NCBI GenBank assembly: GCA_963514005.1
Contig: OY740800.1
Location: 32,860,001-32,924,000, forward strand
Direction of reading: 5' to 3'
Source: Raja brachyura
Taxonomy: Eukaryota
DNA: 64,000 nucleotides
Below the pieces are notes generated by a model. That model worked only from the letters and a program-made list of their open reading frames with translations. It did no database searches and was not told the DNA's origin. Position numbers and translations under genes: made by a program. Below, in pieces: positions 52,383 through 64,000 of this stretch (positions are counted from its first letter, which is position 1; each line of letters starts with the position of its first letter).

Positions 52383-53332
52383 TCAGAATGATATGTACGG
52401 CTGAAAACTCTAGTTTGGTTGCTTTATTTTCTCCTGTTCTATCTTACTTTTAAACTCTGGGTGGGAAAGTCGATGCCTTGAACTCTTTCTCACTGTTTGG
52501 ATGACAGTGCGCCATTAAACTCTAGTCCAGTATGGATTTCAAGCTCCGGTAGTATTTTAAAAAAACATTTTTTTTTAACCTTGCATTTATTTCTTCTTTC
52601 TTTCCTTTGTAAAAATTCTGCTTCCCTCTCTGGGATTTCCTTCCGTCCCATTGTTCTCTTGTTCAATTTAAACCCAATGTGTTTTCTACTTGCAAAGAGC
52701 AAACTTCAGGAGAAACTCGTCGAGTCGAGAAGCATCTGTGGACACCAGGGCTTGGTCGACATTTCAAGTTGAAATCCAGTGTTCCTTTCCCAACTCTGAC
52801 CAAGGATCTCTGATTTGAAATGTTAACTTTTGTTATACACAGATGCTGCCTGACCTGTTGAGTATTCTCGGCATTTTCAGTTTTCACTTCAGATTTTGCA
52901 TCTGTAGTCTTTATTTTTATCAGATGCAAATAGCAAGCATCATGCGGCAACGTTGTGTTGCAGATTGAGTTTAGTTTTAGATTAGTTTATTGTCATTTGC
53001 ACCGAGGTACAGTGAAAAGCTTTTGTTGCGTGTTAGCCAGTCAGCGGCAACACAATGCAGGATTACAATCGAGCTATCCACTGTGTACAGATACATGATG
53101 AATGGAATAATGTTTAGTGCAAAATAAAGCCAGTAAAGTCTGATCAAAGATCACAGTGGCATAGAGTTAAGGTTGCTGCCTCACAGCGCTTGCAGCGCCA
53201 GAGACCCGGGTTCGATCCTGACCACGGGTGCTGTCTGTACGGAGTTTGTACATTCTCACCCGTGACCTGCGTGGGTTTTCTCCTAGATCTTCGGTTTCCT
53301 CCACACTCCAAAGACATACAGGTATGTAGGTT

Positions 53333-53425
53333 GACAAAATTTCTGGAGAAACTCAGCGGGTGAGGCAGCATCTATGGAGCAAAGGAAATAGGCAACGTTT
53401 CGGGCCGAAACCCTTCTTCAGACTG
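53333..53425 (-). mobile_element. 93-bp hammerhead-bearing insertion with 9-bp TSD, nested in a SINE
   Basis: atgtaggtt at 53324-53332 and 53426-53434. Confidence 0.8.
53394..53421 (-). ncRNA. Hammerhead core, intact (UUCG-capped stem II, GUU triplet)
   Basis: Reverse complement reads CTGAAGAAGGGTTTCGGCCCGAAACGTT. Confidence 0.68.
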
Positions 53426-53753
53426 ATGTAGGTTATTTGGCTTGCTAAATGTAAAAATTGTCCCTAGTGTGTGTAGGACAGTGTTAATGTGTGGGGGTCG
53501 CTGGTTGGCGCGGACCTGGTAGGCCAAAGGTCCTGTTTCCGCATTGTATCTCTAAACTAAACTAAAAGATAGTCCGAGGCTCTCCAATGAAGTGTGCAGG
53601 TCCTGAGAGTCGGTGGACAGATTTGAAATGTGAATGATCATATTGTTACAGAATGCTTGCACACATTTCACAAATGATGCAGAGGTTTTGAAGCTGTTGC
53701 TGGAGCTATTTGAGGGCCAAAGACTTTGTAGAACATTGGGAGAGAATTTCTCC

Positions 53754-53948
53754 CATTCCCAACATCACAACACCGTGATGCCTTTGATAAATCCATATGT
53801 AGGACCGTGTAGCTTCACTGAATATAACAGGGATGCAAATCACAATCATGATAGCAATGAGGGGACAAGAATTTTTCAGGTCAGATTCTTCAAACTGTAA
53901 TCCATTCCGCAGATGTCGTTTTCATCATCTCATTGTAAAACTGAGACC
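53754..53948. repeat. Copy 2 of an old dispersed duplication (partner 51284-51478)
   Basis: Shared core tgatgccttNgataaatccRtatgtRgga. Confidence 0.75.
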
Positions 53949-56900
53949 TGATCTTTGGCCCTTACACGCCTCTATACCCCAGTGTTGGAAACACCAATTG
54001 TCCCTCCAGCTGCTACCCAACCCAGGGTGAATGGCCAACTGTTTTCAATATTCCCATCTGACTTTCTTGCCTTGCTTTCTCCTCGAGATTCTGAGTAAAG
54101 GAACATCTCGGAGAATAGTCACAGATTTAGTGGGTGGCCGCACGAAACTAAGTTGCGTAGGAACTGCAGTGGTGAATCTTTGGAAGTCGCTACCCTAGGG
54201 GACTGTGGAGGTTGGATCTTTGGAAGTATTTAGAGTGAAAATAGATGCGTTTTTAAAAGCTCAGGGAATTAAGGGCCCTGTGGATCTAGCATGGAAGAGG
54301 AGATTAAGTGAAGATCAGTCAAGACATTGAATGATGAGGCAGGCTGGAGGAGATGGTGACTTTTTTTTTTTTTTAAACATTTTTTTCGGGTGCCCCCTTC
54401 CAAAAAAAAACCTCTTATTTTCTCTTCTTTTTAAAAATGAAAGCAGGACCAAGTATTGGAAGTGCCAAATATACCCGATGGAGCTCCTTCATGTTGGGTA
54501 TTACGCACATCTTCTACCTCCGTTGTTTTTAAGCATGATTGTGATTTTTTTTTCTGACCTCCTTTCAAGTGAGTGGAGATGAATGTGTGAGAATTAAGTA
54601 TGTGGTCTGGATAGATTGGATTAAGATATATTAAATTAGAGGAGAGATAGCAGATCTAATCTCCAATAGATTTGAGATTCATTATTAAAGAGAGAGGGCC
54701 AGCGGATAGCTTTATATTAAAAGAGAGGGTAAGCAAATAATTAAACAGATGAATCAAATATCTGTTTAATTTACCGCAGAAGACAAATAGTCCACTGTTA
54801 ATGTTGGGGAGCTGAGGATCCAGCGTGAGCAAGGATTAGGAAATAAATTGTAGTAGAAAAAGCAGATTCAAGGACAGTTTCTTCCCACCTGTTATCAGGC
54901 AACTGAATCATCAAACCACAACCAGAGAGCAGTGCTGAATTACAATCTCCCTCTTTGGTGACCCTCGGACTATCCTCAATGCGGCTTTACTGGCTTTACC
55001 ATTGCGCTAAACGTTATTCCCTTATCATGTATCAACACACTGCAGGTGGATGGATTGTAATCATGTATTGTATTTCTGGTGACTGGTTAGCACGCAACAA
55101 AAAGCTTTTCACTGTACCTCGGTACACGTGACAATGAACTAAACTGAAACTAAGAAACAACTGGGATAAAGTCCTGACAAATTCACTGCTTTAGTGACCC
55201 CTGCATCTGGGCAGCTTTCCGCCTCCAATCTTCCGATTTGTTTTAAAATGGGCCCTGTGGACTGAAAAATTGCTCATCATGGTGTTTTAAAAAAAAAAAA
55301 AAAAAAAAGAGGAGAGGGAGCTGAAGGAAATAATGTCCCATGAAGTTTAGGCCAGTCAGCGTGATGTCGGTTATGGGGAAATGCTGCAATTTGTTACTTG
55401 AGATGTGGCAACAGTATAGTTAAACGAATGAATATCCAGGCAAATCCAACACAGTTTAAATGAAAGGAAATCATGCTTAACAGATCCAATTGTTATTTTG
55501 GGTTTGAGAGTTGCAAAGTAGATGGGCTTGTGAGGGACACTTGTCAATATTTCTCAGGATGCATTTGATTAATGCTGCAATGTTGAAACCTATATTTTGC
55601 ATGCTGGTATGTTTCTCTTTGCTCCAGCTGTTTTACTGTGTACAGCTTGATTGTAGTTGTGTATAGTATTATAGGGTCATACAGTGTGGGAACAGGCCCT
55701 TTGGCCCACACTGACCAACCTGTCCCATCTACACGTCCCACCTGCCTCTGGTCCATATACCTTTAAACCTGTCCTAACCATGTTCCTGTCCAAATGTTTC
55801 TTAAACGTTGCGACAATGCCTGCCCCAACAACCTGCTCTGGCAGCTCGTTTCACCCACCCATCACCCTTTGTGTGAAAGATAATTAAAATATATTGATTC
55901 GACTGGCAGTCTCCCTTCAATAATGAAAGAAAAGGTTTTCATTGTATCTTGGTACACGTGACAATAATGAACCAATATCTATAAGTTGTCACGAGGTATT
56001 ATGCAAGGTTCTAGCTCATGGGATTTAGGGTGATGTATTAACAGTGGATTGATCAGGTTTGGAATGGCAGTGTAATTGGGGGATCAGTGTTTGGGGTTCA
56101 ATTACTTGCAGGTTACTACGGAGAGGTGGATAAGGAGATGGAGTGTGAAGTACCACAGACTGCTGACATTGCATAGCCGGGTGGGAGCGTTAACTGTGCA
56201 AAGAGATTACAAAAAGATTTTGTCTCGTTTAAGTGCTGGGCAAGAAGATGGCAGGTGTTAGTGGGAGCGATGAGAGGTTGGAATAGTGGGAAAATAAAAA
56301 AAATGTTTAGTTATTAGAAGCATTTTGAACACGAAACACAGAAAAAGAATATGCTGGTTCGGCACTACGTCAGAAAGGCAAATGGTACATTATCATAGTG
56401 CATAGAGAAGAAAGATAAGGAAGTATTGCAGAAATTAGGGCTTTAATGAGACCAGTCATGGGATACAGCAGGTGCTTTTGCTTTCTTTACTCACAGAAAG
56501 TTTATTAGTTTAGTGGAGGTGGTGGGTGGGGTGCTAGCTGACTGCATTGCTTCTTTGCACAAGGCTGGTCGTTCTATGAGGAGGACTGATAGGATAGGAT
56601 TCCTTTCCTCTGGTGCAGAGAATGTGATGCCACTCCAATTGATGAGAAAGCAAAATATTGCAGATGCTACAAATCTGAAATAATAACAGAACCTGCAAGA
56701 AATGTTTGGCCAGTCTAGGAGAGGTCAGGGTTAATGTTTCGAGTGACAGTATGGTGAATACGTAACCACAGAACTTCTCATGATAGATTGTGGACACTGA
56801 TGTGAGGACTTTCTGGAACGAAAAGTCTACTTTTCTCTTGTGTCTACTTTGTAAATTTTGTATGATTACAGCATTTCATAAACCCCTGCATGTGCGGACA

Positions 56901-57034
56901 AGTACTCTTGAAAAATAGTCGTTGCTTTAATATAGGAAGATGTGGAAGCCCATTCATGCAAATTCATCCCGTGAACAGCAATGTGTTTGTTTATTTCCAG
57001 GTGTTGGCCAGGGGACCACTTTTTTACTTCGATT

Positions 57035-57326
57035 AAAGATACAGAGCAGGCCCTTCGGCCCACCGAGTCCGTGCTGACCAGCGATCTCCACACACTAACA
57101 CTAGCCTACACACACTAAGGATAATTTTCAATTTTACCGATGCCAATTAACCTACAAACCTGTATGTCTTTGGAGAGTGGGAGCAAACTGGAGCACTAGG
57201 AAAAAACCCACGCGGGCCATGGGGAGAACATGCAAACTCCATACAGACAGTGCCCGTAGTCAGGATCGAACCCGGATCTCTGGAGCTGTAAGGCAGCAAC
57301 TTTACTGTTGTGCCACTGAGCCGCCT
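57035..57326 (-). mobile_element. tRNA-derived SINE
   Basis: Reverse complement of the consensus. Confidence 0.82.
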
Positions 57327-58589
57327 TTAAACACGAGGGAAACCACCCAGGTTAATACCATGTAATCCTTTTGTCTGCATGAAAATTAAAAGTAAACAAG
57401 GGGAGGATAAAATAATAGGTTGATGATTGGGAGGAGCCTCCAGTTGCGTAGAAATACTGGCAATGATCCGTTGAGCTCTGAAATACAATCTGTGCAATTC
57501 TATGGAAAATTACAGGAGTGCTATAATGTCCCTGCAATTTTAATAAAGGCTCACCCAGACAAAGCAGGCCTGAAAATTCCTAACCATGATTCGTGAACCT
57601 TCCCATTTCTAGTTTTAGATTTTGGAGAGCTGTAACGTATTTGCATTTCAATGTAAATGCTTAAAGGGGAGCCTGGACCAGGCTTGTTGGAATTCTTGGC
57701 ACTAATCAAATGCACTCAAGGTGGTTGAAATTGATACTTGTCCAAATGTGCCAGACTAGTTTCAGTCTGGGTTTAATGAGTTTAGGGCTGTTTTCTCAAG
57801 TTTATTCTTTTCGATCAGTGGTTTTGCAGTCAATACCTGACTGAAACAATACATGAGTCTGAAAAGGATTCTGACCCAAACCTGCGTCTTACTGTGTCCT
57901 CCAGAGATGCTGCCTGACCCGCTGAGTTCATAAGTCATAGGAGCAGAATTAGGCCAATCGGCCCATCAAGTCTACTCCACCATTCAGTCATGGCTGATCC
58001 ATCTTTTCCTCTCAACCCCGTTCTCCTGCGTTCTCCCCATAACCTTTGACACCCTCACTAATCAAGAATCTGTCATTCCCAGCTTTAAAAAAACAAAGTT
58101 ATGACAGAACTTTGTGTTTTTTGGTAAATCTACATCTCCTTGCTCTCCAATTCCTTGGCTGCGTTCTTCATTTTTGCATTTAGGTAAAGAAATGGTTGGG
58201 CAAGAGTTCGGCCCCTTCATTCAATGGACTGAGTTGATCCTGGAGGCATCTCAGTGAAGCTGGAGTTGGAAGCTAATCCACAATTCCAACGAGTCTGGCT
58301 GAACACGAGTACATTATAAATCTCAGTTTTGATATAGATTGAGTAACCAGATTGAGAATAAAAAATTCCAGAGATTCGCAAACTGCTGTGAAGAGACCTC
58401 ACCTCTTCCCCTCTCCAAAACAACCATCCCCTTGCCTGGAGGTCTGTCCTCTAGTTCTGGGTTCTCCACCCAAGAAAACAGCCTGTCTGCAGCCAAGCTA
58501 AATCCTCTGAGAAGCTGGTTTCAGTGAGGTCAGTCATTGTACCCCTACTGCTCAACCATAAGACAGTTTTGTACAGTGTTGTTGAAGTA

Positions 58590-58715
58590 GCGCAGTTCTG
58601 ATCCAAAACATCAGTCGCCCATCCTTTTTCTCCAGGGCTGCTGCCTGACCCACTGAGTTACTCCAGCACTTTGAGTCCATCTTTGGTATAAACCAGCCTC
58701 TGCAGTTCCTTGTTT
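58590..58715 (+). mobile_element. Penelope pLTR unit (degenerate core)
   Basis: Contains tgctgcctgacccactgagttactccagcac...aaaccagcctctgcagttcc. Confidence 0.7.
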
Positions 58716-58821
58716 GTGCATCTTGAGAACTGTAGCTAGCTGCATGTTGAAGGAAGCATCCAAAGTTTTATGTGGGTTATTGAAGGGTTTTGAATGATAG
58801 CCCTTCAAAAGAACGTAATTA

Positions 58822-58945
58822 GCTGATGAAGGGTCTTTGGCCCAAGACATTAACTCTGATTCTCATTCTACAGATGCTGCCTGTCCTGCTTGTATTTCCA
58901 GCATTTTTTGCTTTGATTTCAGATTTGTGGTGTCAGCAGTTGTAT
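58822..58945 (+). mobile_element. Related pLTR subfamily copy with a dead hammerhead (CTGATGA...AAGA)
   Basis: ctgatgaagggtctttggcccaagacatt followed by acagatgctgcctg...tttccagcattt. Confidence 0.55.
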
Positions 58946-58996
58946 TGATCTTGTTTCCCCCCCCCCCCCCCCCCCACTGGCGATGATGGTCTATAA

Positions 58997-60133
<1,137 letters not shown>

Positions 60134-61034
60134 TAGGTTCAGGTTTCCGCTCCCCTTTTTGTGCAACTCTCGTGCTTTACATCAAATTTGGGTTTGCTCT
60201 GTTGTGTTAGCTCAGGTCCAACCACGCCTGGGTTTTATCACTGAGAAACGTTATATTTACTTGCTTGAAATTAAAAAAAAAAACATGTGTGAATTTGCCT
60301 GAAGTCAGATTTCTGTTGGCCAATCATCTGTAACCCATGGAACCCCTACTTTCCACGTAACTGTGGCAATCCGGTGTGTTTATCTAGCTTTCTTAAATGT
60401 GCCTCATCGTTAGAGCGGAAATGAAATTCCAAGTATCAGCAGGTTAAAACGTGGGTGAGGAATTTGTTTGTCATCAAGCATTGGAAGAAGGTCAATTTAA
60501 GGGGGAGTTTTGTGTGAAGGAATAGGGTGTTATATGCTTTGGATGCAGCAGAGATCATAGTATTTTTGTACTTTAAATTCATTGGAATAATTTATGGAGA
60601 ATGAATGGGTCGGTGTATCCTGTGTGTGGATTTTGAGCCATCAAAGACATTTTGGAAACACTGAGAAGGAGGAGGCTTGTGAGACTGGGAGAGAGAGGGA
60701 AGTGATTACTTTGTCGCATTGCATGGCAGGGTGAAGGGAAAAAAACAGAGTGCACATGATATGACATGGACTTTGTTGTGATGAATGCCTTCCCCAGTTC
60801 ATGAAAACACAAGATAATTTTAGACAGATTTATATACCGCAAATGTTTTATAAATCCTCATAAAACATTTTCTGTAATGTTTTGTGGCTTTGTTTACCTT
60901 TCTTTCTCTCTTTAACTCATGTTTCTCTTTCTTCTTGTTCCTCCAATTCTTCTCGGCCTCCACCCCTCACCAATATGTCCTAACTTCTCCTTGCACTCTA
61001 GTCCTTCTCTGGGGAAGGATATTTAATTTATTCA

Positions 61035-61325
61035 TTTAGTTTAGAGATACAGGCCCTTCGGCCCGCCGGGTCCACACCGACCAGCGATCCCTGCATATTA
61101 ACGCTATCCTACACACAATCTACACTTGTACCAAGCCAATTAACCTACAAACCTGTACGTCTTTAGAGTGTGGGAGGAAACCAAAGATCCTGGAGAAAAC
61201 TCACGCAGTCACGGGGAGAACGTACAAACTCCATACAGACAAGCACCCGTAGCCAGGATCGAACCTGGGTCTCCGGCACTGCATGCATTGTAAGGCAACA
61301 ACTCTACAACTGCACCACCGTGCCG
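61035..61325 (-). mobile_element. tRNA-derived SINE in intron 2
   Basis: Reverse complement of the consensus. Confidence 0.82.
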
Positions 61326-61686
61326 TAGGGGGCGGAGTGGCCAGCATCCTTGCTGCTGCTGAAAATATGTCCCCTTGATATGTTGCAGTTGTTCTGGTAA
61401 ACCATGGTGTTGGATTGGGTGGTCCAGGGTTTGGACCCAGTGATATATTTACAGGTTAGAGTGGTGTATGACCTGGAGGGGAATCTGCAGGTGGTGGTGG
61501 TGGTTGTCACCACCTGCTTTCATGATGATCGAGGTTACGGGTTTGAGAGGTGCTGATGGATTAGGCTGGTGTTGTGTGAGTGCTGCATTTTGTATATGGT
61601 GAACACTCTGCATTGATCCAGGCAAATGGAGAGCATGGTGTTACCACTCCATGTATGCCTGTGTAAAGGTCATTGGGAGGTGAACA

Positions 61687-61850
61687 NNNNNNNNNNNNNN
61701 NNNNNNNNNNNNNNNNNNNNNNNNNNNNNNNNNNNNNNNNNNNNNNNNNNNNNNNNNNNNNNNNNNNNNNNNNNNNNNNNNNNNNNNNNNNNNNNNNNNN
61801 NNNNNNNNNNNNNNNNNNNNNNNNNNNNNNNNNNNNNNNNNNNNNNNNNN
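61687..61850. other. Assembly gap (164 N)
   Basis: Run of N. Confidence 1.
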
Positions 61851-62089
61851 CCCATTGTGCTATTAATAGTGGTTACTGTGTTTACATCGATCTTCGTGCA
61901 CAAACTCTGAAAATACCTCCTAAATCCTTTTTTGTGAAAAGAAAAACGCCATTCCTTTAAACACAGTGCTTTCATCAAGCTTTTGGCTTCCTGTTCTATG
62001 TTCCAATTTTTCTTTGGAAGCTCTTCTGAGATGGACTTGGAGAGCTGAATTATTGCACTCTTATTGCACCTGAATTATTGCAAGTAGTT

Positions 62090-62180
62090 TGTGTAGGAAG
62101 GAGCTGCAGATGCTGGTTTACACTGAAGATAGGCACAAAAATCTGGAGTAAATCAGTGGGATAGGCAGCATCTCCCCAGG
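62090..62180 (-). mobile_element. Penelope pLTR 3' fragment with 11-bp TSD
   Basis: tgcaagtagtt at 62079-62089 and 62181-62191. Confidence 0.75.
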
Positions 62181-64000
62181 TGCAAGTAGTTCTTGAGACT
62201 TGGTTTGTTGTGAAAACAGCCCCTTATGCCACTCATCGAGCACTCATTGACACCACTCACATTTTATTCTCTCTGCGTTCTCATCAATAACCCACCCACC
62301 CCCTGTTGATTCCACCATTCATCTACATGCTTGGGGCGATTTACAGCAGACAATTAACATCCCAACCTGCATGTCTTTAGGATAGATCCAATATTCAAGG
62401 GAGTTTATTGTCATGTTATTGATATGGGAGTACTCGGATGAAATCCATGCGGTCACAGGAAGAATGAACCAACTCCGCGCATACAGCACCAGAGGTCAGG
62501 ATTGAACCCGGGGGCCTGGAGTTGTGAGACAGCGGTTCTGTTAACTAAGTCACTGTGAAGAGATCCTGCTGATTTGGCAAGGGATAGAGTGGGTGTCACA
62601 TTGATCTACTGAACCGAGTCCTCCTTTGAAAATCATGTAAAAGAACTGAGCAAACATGAGCAGCATGGGTGACAACAGCTGAAAGTGAATGGGTCTGCCA
62701 TCAGCTTGGTACCCAAGGGCGACTCGAGCATCGAACAATGCAGAGATTACAGAGCGACCCTCGATACAGTGCAAGTTGCTGCTCTCTGCCTACATTCCAA
62801 GATTTACAAACCGATTTGGCATGATTTGGATAAAGATTTTATGAGGCTATAACACTTTCCTGCCTCTGCTCAGTATATTGGAGATGAAGAGATCCAACGT
62901 TTCTAAACGTTCACAAGATCCTTCAAATAGTTGATCACATCATGTGCAGTTGAGTTCAAACTGGTTGGTTCAATGTTGGTTTTTCAAGAAGTAGGGGTTG
63001 TCCGTGGATATGTGGGGAGATAGAAATCGGCTGCTTCCATCAAAATAAACCATAAAGGCCATTGTCCAGGCCAACTGAGCAAGGATCATTTCTAGGTATG
63101 ATCCTGAGCTTTGGACTTTACCTTAGAATTTAGAGATACAGTATGGTATCAGGCCCTTCAGCCAACTGAGTCCATGCCGACCAGCAATAACACTATGTAC
63201 ACCCTAGGGACAATTTGCAATGATAGCATCCGCAATGGATTAATTTCAGAAATCAAGAGCAAAAAAGCCCCAACAAACAAGGAAAATTAGATTGACGGAA
63301 GAAAATAATGCAAATACCAAGCAGGCCCACCAACATTTCAACATAAAAAAATGTTTCGATCTACAACTCTTTCTTACAAGTGAAAAGCAAGCAATTAGAA
63401 ATGACGAGGGATGGGCCACCACGGAGACAGCAGTCAAAGGGACCAAGTTAGTCACTGACTTCCAGCATTGAGTCAGCCATTCTCAATCTCTCTTTGAGAT
63501 CAGCACAATATCTTGTCTGGTTTCAGTTGAAACTACATGAGATTTTACATGGAGGCTTTGTCTACCCTTTTGGCGAGTACCAAACTACTGTCTGGAGACC
63601 TGGTTTGGTTTTGTTTATTGTCACATGTACCAAGGTACAGTGAAAAGCTTTTGTTGCGGGCTAACCAGTCAGCGGAAAGGCAACACATGATTACAATCGA
63701 GCCATTCACAATGTGCAGATACATGATAAGGGAATATCGTTTAGCGCAAGATAAAGCCATTAAAGTCCGATCAAAGACGGTCCGAGGGTCAGGGGAAAAT
63801 GGGGCTTCCTTGCTATCAGGAAGATGAAAAGGGGGAATGGACGGTTGTGATGAGAGCAACAGAGGAATGCAGGATAGATTAGCTCGCACATCTTTATTAC
63901 AAGTGACTTTTGCTCCAAAGTAGCTGTGTGGCTATAAACGGCTTTGAAATGCCCCAAATGGAAAAGACAGTATTTTTAACTGTTTTCCTTTTGGATTGAT

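Larger units (their letters stand above)
53152..53566 (+). mobile_element. tRNA-derived SINE containing the hammerhead insertion
   Basis: Consensus on both sides of 53333-53425. Confidence 0.85.

Noticed and set aside
61626-61978. ORFs spanning X residues
   Set aside because: Artefacts of the N gap.

Overview
Vertebrate (eukaryotic) genomic DNA. The repeat content (HE1/V-SINE-type tRNA SINEs, CR1, Rex1/Babar, Penelope) suggests a cartilaginous fish, probably a skate or ray; this is inferred. The window holds the 5' part of HIPK2 on the + strand. A GC-rich promoter/5'UTR is followed by a 19-nt coding exon 1 (5638-5656, MAPVYQ-G), a 53.4-kb TE-rich intron 1, and the 1087-nt exon 2 (59046-60132) encoding the N-terminus and kinase domain up to the [10 protein letters not shown] activation loop. 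The most notable signal is a family of more than 20 short Penelope-derived repeats carrying a minimal hammerhead-ribozyme core (CTGAAGA-stem II-GAAACGTC). These copies occur as ~93-130-bp TSD-flanked insertions and as palindromic pairs. Inside the intron I found intact cores only on the antisense strand. Other points of interest: a two-uORF arrangement over the HIPK2 start, inverted repeats bracketing the circRNA-prone exon 2, an ungapped old duplication, and a long inverted repeat. All analysis was by eye, and TE boundaries are approximate.
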